A stretch of DNA of 64,000 bases from Heptranchias perlo. Its lineage: Eukaryota. The number at the start of each line of letters is the position of its first letter. Position 1 is the stretch's first letter. Shown piece by piece: positions 35,190 to 48,420 of the stretch. Made by a program: the position numbers and the translations under genes. The stretch covers positions 24,428,001-24,492,000 of the forward strand of contig NC_090359.1 in the NCBI RefSeq assembly GCF_035084215.1. Reading direction: 5' to 3'. The notes below the pieces were generated by a model. The model was given only the letters and a program-made list of their open reading frames with translations. It was not told the DNA's origin and searched no databases.

Positions 35190-38100
35190 CCGCCTGACTC
35201 CCTCCGGTCGTTTCTCCCGGGGCGGGGGGACGGAGTGAAAGAAACTTTTTTCAACGCTGGCTGTAACGGTGAAGCAGGCCCCAGCCTCACACCCAGCTAG
35301 CCCACGGTCCGAAGCTCAAAGATTTACGTCATGGGCCAAGAGGTGAAGGGGAGGTTGGGTTGCAGGTGGCTCCTGGCACAGCAGAAAACCAGCCCCGCGA
35401 TATCTTGCTAACCCTGCAGGACTTCCCGAGGAGCAGATACTTTGACCCCTTTGTGCCCCCGCAGAACAAGGAACGGACGCTAGCGGTCCACGTATTTAAC
35501 CCACATGTGCCCGTCATGGATGTGCTGATTTCCCTCAAGCGATATGTGGACAGAGCGGGTCAAAGCACGGACATCGCGGACGTGCATGGGATCTGGTCCA
35601 GCATGAGGAGCATCCAAGGGAAGCTGAGGACGGAGGCCAACAGAAACAGCCCCCATCAGGTTTCGTGATCGGGACAAGCCAGGTGGTGTACCAGGGGCAG
35701 CCCCAGAGTGTGCCGATCCTGCGGCAAACCCAAGCACGAGGCAGCCTCCGGCAAGGCAGTGATCTGCAGGAACTGCAGGAAGGAGGGCCGCCAGACACCG
35801 GACTGTCAGGAGGCCAAGTGCTGCAGCCTGTGCGGAGAGGCTGGTCGCCCGTCCGAGACGTGCCCAAACCGCAGGCTCAGCTACGCACGGGCAGCGAGAG
35901 GCGAGGAGAACAGGGCAGCAGTCGTGGCTGCCCCTAAGGAGGCCAGGCCGCTCCCCAACGCTGTGATCCCACGTGAAAGGGCCAACAGCCAGGTGGAGGA
36001 TGAAGAGCAGGAAGGGAGAGTCGAGGTAAGGAACCAAACCCCAATACCCAGCCCCGAGACCTTCCCTGAGAACGCAGAGCCGATGGAAAGAGAACCAGGG
36101 AACGGTAGAAGGATGGATGATACAAGCAAAAGCGGAGGTCCCGCAGGACCAGAGGCACAAACGCCAAAGGTGCGGCCAGCAGCAAGAGAAGCTTAGAGTC
36201 CCCAACGGACAATAGCGACCAGTCCTCGGACGATGAGCAAGGAAAAAGGAGGAAAGCCCACCTTCATCAAAGGACGAGGCAAAACGCAACAGTGACCGGT
36301 AACACCGACAACGCTCTCCAGCTCCAGGAACCTGGGAGCAGCAACGTTCAGCTTCGGGGCACTGGGAGCAGCGACGCGCCCAATGCACCCCAACTCCGGA
36401 ATGCCAGGGGCAGCAACGCGGAGAGCGAGGTCCCCCAACTCCGGGCAACCGGGGGCAGCACGGTGGCGGTGGAGAGCGAGGCACCAACGACAGCCGAGGA
36501 GCCTGACCTGGCCGAGGATCTCACGGACACACCACCCCACGAGAGCCCGCCGTTGACCCCTGAGCGCGGACCCTCCCCCAATGGAGGACAGGCCTCCTTC
36601 CTCAGCCCAAGGACCGTCCAGAAGTTCCTGCACACCACACAAATGCAGAATCCGGACCGAGGGTCCCAAATGGACAGTAACACAGAACCCGGACTGATAC
36701 GATTGTGAGACCATAATGTTTTGTTCTTTTGTATTTTTAAAATGGATTTGAAAAATTACATCCATAAACGTGCATGGTATCGTGGCGTAACCCTGAACTA
36801 CCTGTCCAGAGTCAAGAGGGATCTGCTGTTCTTGCAGGATCCTGCACCTCAGCAACTACCGGCAGTGGTCATGCACGTGTACCCAGGGGCAGTCGATCTG
36901 GTCAGGAGGCAACGCCAACCGTTCCTCGGGCCTGGGGATTCTGCTGCGAGGAGGCCGATTTACCATCACCGAGGTTAAGGAGGTGGTGGTGGTGGGGGGG
37001 CCGCCTGCTCGTAGCAGACGTTCTGTACAAGAACGCCCCTCTCCGACTGATCAATGTGTACGCCCCGACCCTCAGGAGCGAGTGGCTGGAGGTCTCCCAA
37101 CATCTCCCAATGCTGCCAGCGATCTCCAGGCCGATCGTTCTCACCAGAGACTTCAGCTGCATCATCGATGCGGCTGGACGATCCAGCAGGGGCGGAGGTA
37201 TGCTAGACACCACGTCCAAACTCCCGATGGAGGCGGTGAAAGCCGCAAAGCTTCGCGACGTCTCCAGCAACCCTGCAGACGGAGCGCCGCAGAGATGCAC
37301 CTGCTCCAGGCCAGGCGGGTCCGTCCGTTCCAGGATAGACTTCCCATTCGTATCTCCAACACTCAAGGTCAGATCCACCGACGTCCAGCTAGTGTTCTTC
37401 TCTGACCACTGCCTCCTACTGGCCGACTGTCAATCGCAGGAGGACCAGAGGGCGGGCAGCGGGGTATGGAAGGTGAACGTGAGACTGTTGACCCCAGTGA
37501 ACATCGAGGAACTAGAGAGGGATTGCACTGGTGGGAAGCGATCATGGCCAACATCAAGAGGTTCTTCATCCTCAACGGTGTTCAGAAGGCGAGAGAGAGA
37601 GAGACAGAGGGAAGTGTCACAACTCCAGAAAAGCATGCAGGATCTGCTGCAGTCGATGGGGGTCGATGTCAGGGAGGAACTCCGAGAGGTGAAGGGCCAG
37701 CAAGCCTCGCTCTTCGCCTCCGAGGCCTCCAAGATCATCTTCCGGTCCAGGGTCCGCTCCGTGGAGCAGGGCGAGAAGTGCTCGTGCTTCTTCTTCCAGA
37801 AGCTGCACAGAGAGAGACCTCTGTGGTCAGCAGCCTGAAAGAGGAAGACGGCTCGGTGACATCCTCGCAGGCCGACACACTGAGGATCAGCAAATCCCTT
37901 TATGCCGGGCTGTATGACGCGAAGCCCACGGACAGCATGGCCTCCCAGCCCTTCCTGTCCTCTATCACAGAGATCTTACAGGACAGCGAGCGGGAGAGCA
38001 CGGATTGGCCACTGACCTTGGACGAGCTGACAGAGGCCGTCCGGTCCTTCGAGAAGAGCAGAACTCCCGGAAACTTACCGGTCGAGTTGCTCTCGGCTCT

Positions 38101-38499
38101 GTGGGACTGGATAGGCCCAGACCTGCTGGAAGTGTAGGGGGCGGGGCGGGCATGCTATTGGCAGGCAGCATGCCAGAGTCTGAGGAATGGCATCATCACC
38201 CTCATCGACAAGCGGAAGGGGGGGAGAGGGAAGAAATCAGAAATTGGCAAACCCATCTCCTTGTTAAAGGTCGACTACAAGATTCTGTCCAAGGCCATCT
38301 CCAACAGGCTCAAGTCTGACCTGTTCTGTACCTGGAAGGACAATCTCTGATTGTAACAATGAGATCATAGTGTCTATGATCTGCACTGTATTGCTTTGAA
38401 CTTCTGTGTCACATTTCATGCCCTTTATTGAACTGTGTTTAAACCGTGTGTATCTTTAAATTTTATGAAATAAAGTATATTTTGAAATGTAAAGAAAAA
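35190..38499 (+). mobile_element. Degenerate Tx1/L1-clade non-LTR retrotransposon: ORF1 (zinc knuckles, ZCCHC3-like), ORF2 endonuclease and RT start, internally deleted, 3'UTR with poly(A) signal
   Basis: CRSCGKPKH / CRNCRKEG / CSLCGEAG knuckles; LLFLQ, RLINVYAP, SRIDF, FSDH endonuclease motifs; VDYKILSKAISNRLK then a jump to 3'UTR at ~38350; AATAAA 38469-38474; many frameshifts. Confidence 0.9.
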
Positions 38500-40177
38500 C
38501 CTTGCTAACCATTATACATTGGAAAGGTGACTCGGGGGAGGTTATAACACCACCACATCCTTCCTCGGAGTGAGATGGTTGCCTTGTATGAAATCGCCGA
38601 TGAGTGCAGCTTCCTCGTCCTCCCCCCCCCACTGCTTTTTTCTCTCCAGCCACACCAAGGGACCCGAGTGCGTCCCTCATCTCACCAACCCTCTCCGTGA
38701 GGTGAGGGGAGGAGGAGGTGAGAGGGGCGGCTGGAGATGCACTTGGGAGGGCGGTCGGCCGAGGGACTCGCGATGCTCTTCGAATGGCCGCCTTTTAGTT
38801 CGGGGGGCTGAGTGTTGGTCAAGAGTCCAATTGACCACTTGGCTGAAGACTTGCGTCAACCCTTGAGGTGTCAAAGGTCACCCTCAACACCAAAGACTGG
38901 TTGAGATGAACAGCCAGCGTTCCCCGTTTGTGCATTCCCCGAAACTCTGCTCTGTAACATTTTTGGAACTTTTATATAACTTGGAAGGTAATTCAATGCC
39001 AACAAGTAATGGCCCCAGTGCCCTCTTCTACCTCTGGGTTCTCTGAGCGTCTCTCCACAAGGTGGTAACCTGTGCTGGAGCCTGGTTTCAAGGGCACTGT
39101 TACCTCACCGAGCGGCGGAGAGGATGGACCTTATTCCCACCGTACCAGCAAGGGGTAGGGGGAAGAGGGGGTGGAAGGGGTTTCGTGAGGAGTAAATCTA
39201 CCTCAGAGTCTTAACAAAATTCCAAAAATTATCCCGCTCCGTCTAATTTTCAGCGTGAATTCTACATACTGTATAAAAAAACAACCCAGGGCCAAAATTG
39301 GACCTCCCGTGGCGTTGCTCTTGCTGGGCGTGCCCCATCTCTGAGTCGGCCATCTTAGTTCTCTGCTGCCTTTCCCTTCTCTTGAGTGCTGTTTTCCGTC
39401 TCCGCCTCTTCGGCGTGGCCCCCTCGATAATGCACCAGGCAGCGATCCGGACGGTTACGCTCCGTTCCCACCCAGCCCCCCCACCACCCGCGTGCCCGTC
39501 GGCGGCCTCTAGCGTTGACCGTAATACTTTAGAAAGGACGAGCGGCCTGGGATTTATGTGGTGCCTTATCAGGCCTGGCGGAAACACCTCAAAACACTTC
39601 CCATCCAAAGAGTTACTCTGGAGTGCAGCGAATGTTATGCAGGCAGATCCAGCAAAGACCAGATATTGATGTGCGTTTGGCGGTGTTGCTTGAGGTGCTA
39701 ATGTTGGCCCAGGTCACCCGTGGAGGGCTCCATGCCATGCCTTCTTCCATGCCATGCCATGTGATTGGGGTGTCCTCTGAAGAACGGCGCCCAATCACCA
39801 ACAACATTCACGGGAAGAATGATTCTGATTGAGTCATGTGAGGTTGGCCACATCCCTCGACGAGCGGGAGAGGGAGCAGGATTGGATCGTGCCAGTGGTC
39901 TGCTGGGGACGGACCAATCCAACAGGGCAAATGGCCTTTCTCGTGTGCTCCAGCGGGCCGGAGTTACAAGTCATAGAGAGCTCGGCGAACCCTTACAGAC
40001 CGCAGAGTCCCCCCGGGATGCTGCTCTCAAACACAGAGAATTACATGCCACAGCCCACAAGTCAGCCATGAGCAGCCAGCCATGAGAGGTATCTTCCACC
40101 TCGATCGCTTCAGAGAGTGCGGCCCGCAGTAAAAGGATGGGAAACAACATCATTGTCAACAAGTCAGAACACTTCAA

Positions 40178-43100
40178 CACCCATCACTAACTCTGTATTA
40201 CACAGTGTGTACAGACCCATCACTAACCCTGTATTACACAGTGTTTACAGACCCATCACTAACCCTGTATATTACACAGTGTGTACAGACCCATCATTAA
40301 CCCTGTATTACACAGTGTGCACAGACCCATCACTAACCCTGTATTACACAGTGTGTACAGACCCATCACTAACCCTGTATTACACAGTGTGTACAGACCC
40401 ATCATTAACCCTGTATTACACAGTGTGTACAGACCCATCACTAACCCTGTATTACACAGTGTGTACAGACCCATCACTAACCCTGTATTACACAGTGTGT
40501 ACAGACCCATCACTAACCCTGTATTACACAGTGTGTACAGACCCATCATTAACCCTGTATTACACAGTGTGTACAGACCCATCACTAACCCTGTATTACA
40601 CAGTGTGTACAGACCCATCACTAACCCTGTATTACACAGTGTGTACAGACCCATCACTAACCCTGTATTACACAGTGTGTACAGACCCATCATTAACCCT
40701 GTATTACACAGTGTGTACAGACCCATCACTAACCCTGTATTACACAGTGTGTACAGACCCATCACTAACCCTGTATTACACAGTGTGTACAGACCCATCA
40801 CTAACCCTGTATTACACAGTGTGTACAGACCCATCATTAACCCTGTATTACACAGTGTGTACAGACCCATCACTAACCCTGTATTACACAGTGTGTACAG
40901 ACCCATCACTAACTCTGGATTACACAGTGTGTACAGACCCATCACTAACCCTGTATTACACAGTGTGTACAGACCCATCACTAACCCTGTATTACACAGT
41001 GTGTACAGACCCATCACTAACCCTGTATTACGCAGTGTGTACAGACCCATCACTAACCCTGTATATTACACAGTGTGTACAGACCCATCACTAACTCTGT
41101 ATTACACAGTGTGTACAGACCCATCATTAACCCTGTATTACACAGTGTGTACAGACCCATCACTAACCCTGTATTACACAGTGTGTACAGACCCATCATT
41201 AACCCTGTATTACACAGTGTGTACAGACCCATCACTAACCCTGTATTACACAGTGTGTACAGACCCATCACTAACCCTGTATTACACAGTGTGTACAGAC
41301 CCATCACTAACCCTGTATTACACAGTGTGTACAGACCCATCATTAACCCTGTATTACACAGTGTGTACAGACCCATCACTAACCCTGTATTACACAGTGT
41401 GTACAGACCCATCAATAACCCTGTATTACACAGTGTGTAAAGACCCATCATTAACCCTGTATTACACTGTGTGTACAGACCCATCACGAACCCTGCATAT
41501 TACACAGTGTGTACAGACCCATCACTAACCCTGTATTACACAGTGTGTACAGACCCATCACTAACCCTGTATTACACAGTGTGTACAGACCCATCATTAA
41601 CCCTGTATTACACAGTGTGTACAGACCCATCATTAACCCTGTATTACACAGTGTGAACAGACCCATCACTAACCCTGTATTACACAGTGTGTACAGACCC
41701 ATCACTAACCCTGTATATTACACAGTGTGTACAGACCCATCACTAACCCTGTATAACACAGTGTGTACAGACCCATGATTAACCCTGTATTACACTGTGT
41801 GTACAGACCCATCACTAACCCTGTATTACACAGTGTATACAGACCCATCACTAACCCTGTATTACACAGTGTGTACAGACCCATCACTAACCCTGTATTA
41901 CACAGTGTGCACAGACCCATCATTAACCCTGTATTACACAGTGTGTACAGACCCATCACTAACCCTGTATTACGCAGTGTGTACAGACCCATCACTAACC
42001 CTGTATATTACACAGTGTGTACAGACCCATCACTAACACTGTCTTACACAGTGTGTACAGACCCATCACTAACCCTGTATTACACAGTGTGTACAGACCC
42101 ATCATTAACCCTGTATTACACAGTGTGTACAGACCCATCACTAACCCTGTATTACGCAGTGTGTACAGACCCATCACTAACCCTGTATTACGCAGTGTGT
42201 ACAGACCCATCACTAACCCTGTATTACACAGTGTGTACAGACCCATCACTAACCCTGTATTACGCAGTGTGTACAGACCCATCACTAACCCTGTATATTA
42301 CACAGTGTGTACAGACCCATCACTAACCCTGTCTTACACAGTGTGTACAGACCCATCACTAACCCTGTATTACACAGTGTGTACAGACCCATCATTAACC
42401 CTGTATATTACACAGTGTGTACAGACCCATCACTAACCCTGTATTACACAGTGTGCACAGACCCATCATTAACCCTGTATTACACAGTGTGTACAGACCC
42501 ATCACTAACCCTGTATTACGCAGTGTGTACAGACCCATCACTAACCCTGTCTTACACAGTGTGTACAGACCCATCACTAACCCTGTATTACACAGTGTGT
42601 ACAGACCCATCACTAACCCTGTATTACACAGTGTGTACAGACCCATCACTAACTCTGTATTACACAGTGTGTACAGACCCATCACTAACCCTGCATTACA
42701 CAGTGTATACAGACCCATCACTAACTCTGTATTACACAGTGTGTACAGACCCATCACTAACCCTGTATTACACAGTGTGTACAGAACCATCACCAACCCT
42801 GTATTACACAGTGTGTACAGACCCATCACTAACCCTGTATTACACAGTGTATACAGACCCATCACTAACTCTGTATTACACAGTGTGTACAGACCCATCA
42901 CTAACCCTGCATTACACAGTGTATACAGACCCATCACTAACTCTGTATTACACAGTGTGTACAGACCCATCACTAACCCTGCATTACACAGTGTGTACAG
43001 ACCCATCACCAACCCTGTATTACACAGTGTGTACAGACCCATCATTAACCCTGTATATTACACAGTGTGTACAGACCCATCACTAACCCTGTATATTACA

Positions 43101-45752
43101 GTGTGTACAGACCCATCATTAACCCTGTATTACACAGTGTGTACAGACCCATCACTAACCCTGTATATTACACAGTGTGTACAGACCCATCATTTACCCT
43201 GTATTACACAGTGTGTACAGACCCATCACTAACCCTGTATATTACACAGTGTGTACAGACCCATCACTAACCCTGTATTACACAGTGTATACAGACCCAT
43301 CATTAACCCTGTATTACACTGTGTGTACAGACCCATCACGAACCCTGTATTACACAGTGTATACAGACCCATCACTAACCCTGTATTACACAGTGTGCAC
43401 AGACCCATCATTAACCCAGTATTACACAGTGTGTACAGACCCATCACTAACCCTGTATTACGCAGTGTGTACAGACCCATCACTAACCTTGTATATTACA
43501 CAGTGTGAACAGACCCATCACTAACCCTGTATATTACACAGTGTGTACAGACCCATCACTAACCCTGTATTACACAGTGTGTACAGACCCATCACTAACC
43601 CTGTATTACACAGTGTGTACAGACCCATCACTAACCCTGTATATTACACAGTGTGTACAGACCCATCACTAACCCTGTATTACACAGTGTTTACAGACCC
43701 ATCATTAACCCTGTATTACACTGTGTGTACAGACCCATCACTAACCCTGTATTACACAGTGTGTACAGACCCATCATTAACCCTGTATTACACAGTGTGT
43801 ACAGACCCATCACTAACCCTGTATTACACATTGTGCACAGATCATTAACCCTGTATTACACAGTGTGTACAGACCCATCACTAACCCTGTATTACGCAGT
43901 GTGTACAGACCCATCACTAACCCTGTACATTACACAGTGTGTACAGACCCATCACTAACCCTGTATTACACAGTGTGTACAGACCCATCATTAACCCTGT
44001 ATTACACAGTGTGTACAGACCCATCACTAACCCTGCATTACACAGTGTGTACAGACCCATCACTAACCCTGTATTACACAGTGTGTACAGACCCATCACT
44101 AACCCTGTACTACACAGTGTGTACAGACCCATCACTAACCCTGCATAACACAGTGTGTACAGAACCATCACCAACCCTGTATTACACAGTGTGTACAGAC
44201 CCATCATTAACCCTGTATATTACACAGTGTGTACAGACCCATCACTAACCCTGTATATTACACAGTGTGTACAGACCCATCATTAACCCTGTATTACACA
44301 GTGTGTACAGACCCATCACCAACCCTGTATTACACAGTGTGTACAGACCCATCATTAACCCTGTATATTACACAGTGTGTACAGACCCATCACTAACCCT
44401 GTATATTACACAGTGTGTACAGACCCATCATTAACCCTGTATTACACAGTGTGTACAGACCCATCACTAACCCTGTATATTACACAGTGTGTACAGACCC
44501 ATCATTTACCCTGTATTACACAGTGTGTACAGACCCATCACTAACCCTGTATATTACACAGTGTGTACAGACCCATCATTTACCCTGTATTACACTGTGT
44601 GTACAGACCCATCACTAACCCTGTATATTACACAATGTGTACAGACCCATCACTAACCCTGTATTACACAGTGTGTACAGACCCATCACTCACTCTGTAT
44701 TACACAGTGTGTACAGACCCATCATTAACCCTGTATTACACAGTGTGTACAGACCCATCACTAACCCTGTATTACACAGTGTGTACAGACCCATCACTAA
44801 CCCTGTAATACAGTGTGTACAGACCCATCATTAACCCTGTATTACACAGTGTGTACAGACCCATCATTAACCCTGTATTACACAGTGTGTACAGACCCAT
44901 CATTAACCCTGTATTACACAGTGTGAACAGACCCATCACTAATCCTGTATTACACAGTGTGTACAGACCCATCACTAACCCTGTATATTACACAGTGTGT
45001 ACAGACCCATCATTAACCCTGTATTACACAGTGTGTACAGACCCATCATTAATCCTGTATTACACAGTGTGTACAGACCCATCATTAACCCTGTATTACA
45101 CAGAGTGTACAGACCCATCATTAACCCTGTATTACACAGTGTGAACAGACCCATCACTAACCCTGTATATTACACAGTGTGTACAGTCCCATCACTAACC
45201 CTGTATTATACAGTGTGTACAGACCCATCACTAACCCTGTATATTACACAGTGTGTACAGACACATCACTAACCCTGTATTACACAGTGTTTACAGACCC
45301 ATCACTAACCCTGTATTACACAGTGTGTACAGACCCATCACTAACCCTGTATTACACAGTGTGTACAGACCCATCACTAACTCTGTATTACACAGTATGT
45401 ACAGACCCTTCATTAACCCTGTATTACACAGTGTGTACAGACCCATCATTAACCCTGTATTACACAGTGTGTACAGACCCATCATTAACCCTGTATTACA
45501 CAGTGTGTACAGACCCATCACTAACCCTGTATTACACAGTGTGTATTGACCCATCATTAACCCTGTATTACACAGTGTGTACAGACCCATCACTAACCCT
45601 GTATTACACAGTGTGTACAGACCCATCACTAACCCTGTATTACACAGTGTGTACAGACCCATCACTAACCCTGTATTACACAGTGTGTACAGACCCATCA
45701 CTAACCCTGTATTACACAGTGTGTACAGACCCATCACTAACCCTGCATTACA
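40178..45752. repeat. 36-bp (occasionally 38-bp) minisatellite acccatcactaaccctgtattacacagtgtgtacag, ~150 units
   Basis: 12-aa repeats in the ORF track; direct reading. Confidence 0.98.
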
Positions 45753-46234
45753 GAGTGAGCACTGCAGATTCCCTCCTCAATGCAGTGATGCCGCCTCCCT
45801 AAGATCAAGCGAATCACTTGGTTCATTGATGTGAACACAGTTCAGCGTGAATGGTGCCTCACCCCGCTTTGAACTGCCTTTATCAGATGCACCTTTCACC
45901 ACATCACAAGGAGTTATCCGGGAGCCCCAGTGTGACATTTGTGTTTCCCAGGCCCGCTGTGTACATTGGCACTGGGTTTCCTGTGGTGAGACCACGTGTC
46001 AGCTCCCGCCCTGTGCTATTGCATCATGTTCTCAACTCCTCTCTGTGCTTCAGGGCCCTGGTGAGCGCGATCATCAGCTACCACCTCTCATCCTCTGCAC
46101 CACTTCTGTCGTGGCTTCCAATTCACACAACAGAGGTGCTGGCTCCCCGAATGATAAAGTTCCCCTCCATTCTTGTTTACAATGTGACGTAAGACTTGCG
46201 TCCATTTCAAAATGAAACCCGTTTTTGTGTATGA

Positions 46235-46500
46235 ACACAAATGCATTTAAGGGAAAGGGAGTAAAACACATGAGGGAGAAAGGAATAGAAGGTTATGCTG
46301 ATTGGGCTGGATGAAGAGGGGCGAGAGGAGGCTCGCATGGAGCATAAACACCGGCATAGACCAGTTGGGCCGAATGGCCTGTTTCTGTGCCGTACTTTCC
46401 ACGTAATTCAATGTGACGTCTGCTTGCCTCAGTTGGTAGCACTCTCACCTCTGTTCGGAAGGTTGTGGGTTCAAGTCCCGCTCCGGGACTGGGGCACATA
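46235..46500 (+). mobile_element. CR1 3' end followed by a DeuSINE tRNA-like head
   Basis: gcatttaagggaaag...gggccgaatggcctgtttctgtg; ctcagttggtagcactctc...ggttcaagtccc. Confidence 0.8.
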
Positions 46501-47256
46501 AGGACCGATTTTGGTCAATTGTGACACGGGCGTGGACCCTCGCACACCCGCCGCTGGGGTGAGTAGCCAACGTTCATGAGATTCGATGCTGCCATGGGGG
46601 CCGAGATGTCATTAAGCCACCTGCTTGTAAAGTATCCAACCACCCAGTGCCATCCCGAGGGAGCATTATATTGACACAGCTTCCATCAACTCCTGCTCCA
46701 TTTGAGGCCACTTGAGGAATGACAGAACAGAAAGACGTCAGTCCTAGCTCTTCAAATGCACTCATCCACCACTTCAACATCCTTTCCCCAGATCCTTTAG
46801 TACCCGTCCTATTCAAATTCCTGTCCAATTTAATTTTTATGATGATGTTATCTCAGGCTCCCTTGTGGTGAATCATTCCTCATCTTAATTTGAGTGAACA
46901 AAAATCTTCTATCTTCACCCTTGATTTTTCTAGTGACGATTTCCAAAAAAAATTGGTGCCCCTCCAACTCATTTCTTGATCGCCCAATGGCCACTGTTAA
47001 CTTTGACCCTCGCTCTCAGGGTGAAGCCAGTGAGTTGTCGCGAAAGGAGCTGAGTGTTGGGGGCCATTGCCCAGACTTTTACTTCCTGCTATCTGTATCC
47101 TGTTTAACACTTGGCAATCGCACAGGAAGCATCAGTCCTGCAAGCTGAGTCAGGCGCTTCAAGAGCTGCTGAGTTTGTCGATTTGCACAGAGTTAACGAA
47201 AGATAAAATATTGGTACCGCCGCCAATCGCACGCAAAGGGGCTCTTTAAGGAGAAA

Positions 47257-47822
47257 ACAAAGACTTGCATTTCTAAAGCACTTTTCATGGCCTCAGGACG
47301 TCCCGAAGTGCTTTACAGCCGATTAAGTACTTTTGAAGTGTAGTCACTGCTGTGATATAGGAAACGTAGCAGTCGACTTGCAAACAGGTCCCACAACCAG
47401 CAATGTGATAATGACCAGATCATCTGTTTTAGTGATATTGGTTAAAAGATGAATATTGGCCCCAGGACACCGGGGAGAACTCCCCCCGCTCTTCTTCGAA
47501 ATAGCGGCCGTGGGATCTTTGACGTCCACCTGAGAGGGGCAAACGGGGCCTCGGTTTAACACCTCATCCGAAAGACAGTGCAGCACTCCCTCAGTGCTGC
47601 GCTGGGAACGTCAGCCTGGATTTTGTGCTCCAGTCTCTGGAGTGGGACTTGACAGGGATTTGCGGGGTAACGGGGAAAGGGCGGGGGCGTGGGGCTAGCT
47701 GGATTGCTCTTGCATTGAGCCAGCGCGGACCCAATGGGCCGAGTGGCCTCCTTCCATGCTGTAACCTTCCTATGATCCTATGACCTCAGAGGCGAGAGTG
47801 CTACCCACCGAGTCACGGCTGA
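47257..47822 (-). mobile_element. DeuSINE interrupted by a plus-strand CR1 3' tail (~47653-47782)
   Basis: Deu core reverse complement; the head resumes at tgacctcagaggcgagagtgctacc. Confidence 0.85.
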
Positions 47823-48136
47823 ACTGAACCCATGAATGAAGGGAGAGCAGGCCACTTAATTGCTTACTCTGTAACATTGCTGGTAGGCTCTGGAGTTCAG
47901 TGCTGTCAAGGGCTGTTTGTTGGCTCAGCCCCCAGTGCTTCCCCAACTCTAGATCTCCGCCGAGCTGTGGGGAGTCTGACCCCATTAATTTCCACGTATC
48001 TCAAGTTGCCAATGCTAACCGCTCTCGGGGGTTTTGATTAAGGACCTGTCCGTCAACCAGGCAACAGCGGTGAGAAACAACCCCCTCTGTCCAAACCTCC
48101 GGCCCCATGAAATTCAAACCGGGCAAACCCATGAAA

Positions 48137-48420
48137 AAGACTTGCATTTCTATAGAGCCTCAGGACGTTCCAAAGCGCTTTACAGCCAATGAAGTACTTT
48201 TGAAGTGTAGTCACTGGTGTAACGTAGGAAACGCGGAAGTCAATTTGCGCACAGCAAGATCCCACAAACAGCAATGTGACAATGACTGGATAATCTGTTT
48301 TGGCGATGTTGATTGAGGGATAAATATCGGCCAGGACACCGGGGCTAACTCCCCCGCTCTTCTTCGAAATAGTACCGTGAGATCTTTTACATCTACCTGA
48401 GTGGGGAAGACGGGGTTTCA
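48137..48420 (-). mobile_element. DeuSINE 3' portion
   Basis: Reverse complement of the Deu tail and core. Confidence 0.85.

Noticed and set aside
35708-36196. Zinc-knuckle ORF as a ZCCHC3 host gene
   Set aside because: Frameshifted, with degenerate knuckles, and followed directly by a Tx1 ORF2 relic
40117-45834. Dozens of repetitive ORFs; CRISPR-like 36-bp periodicity
   Set aside because: Head-to-tail repeats with no unique spacers, no cas genes, and a eukaryotic context
45851-46192. FPRPAVY motif as the missing B7 IgC exon
   Set aside because: No correctly spaced Cys/Trp and no suitable phase-1 exon of about 280 nt
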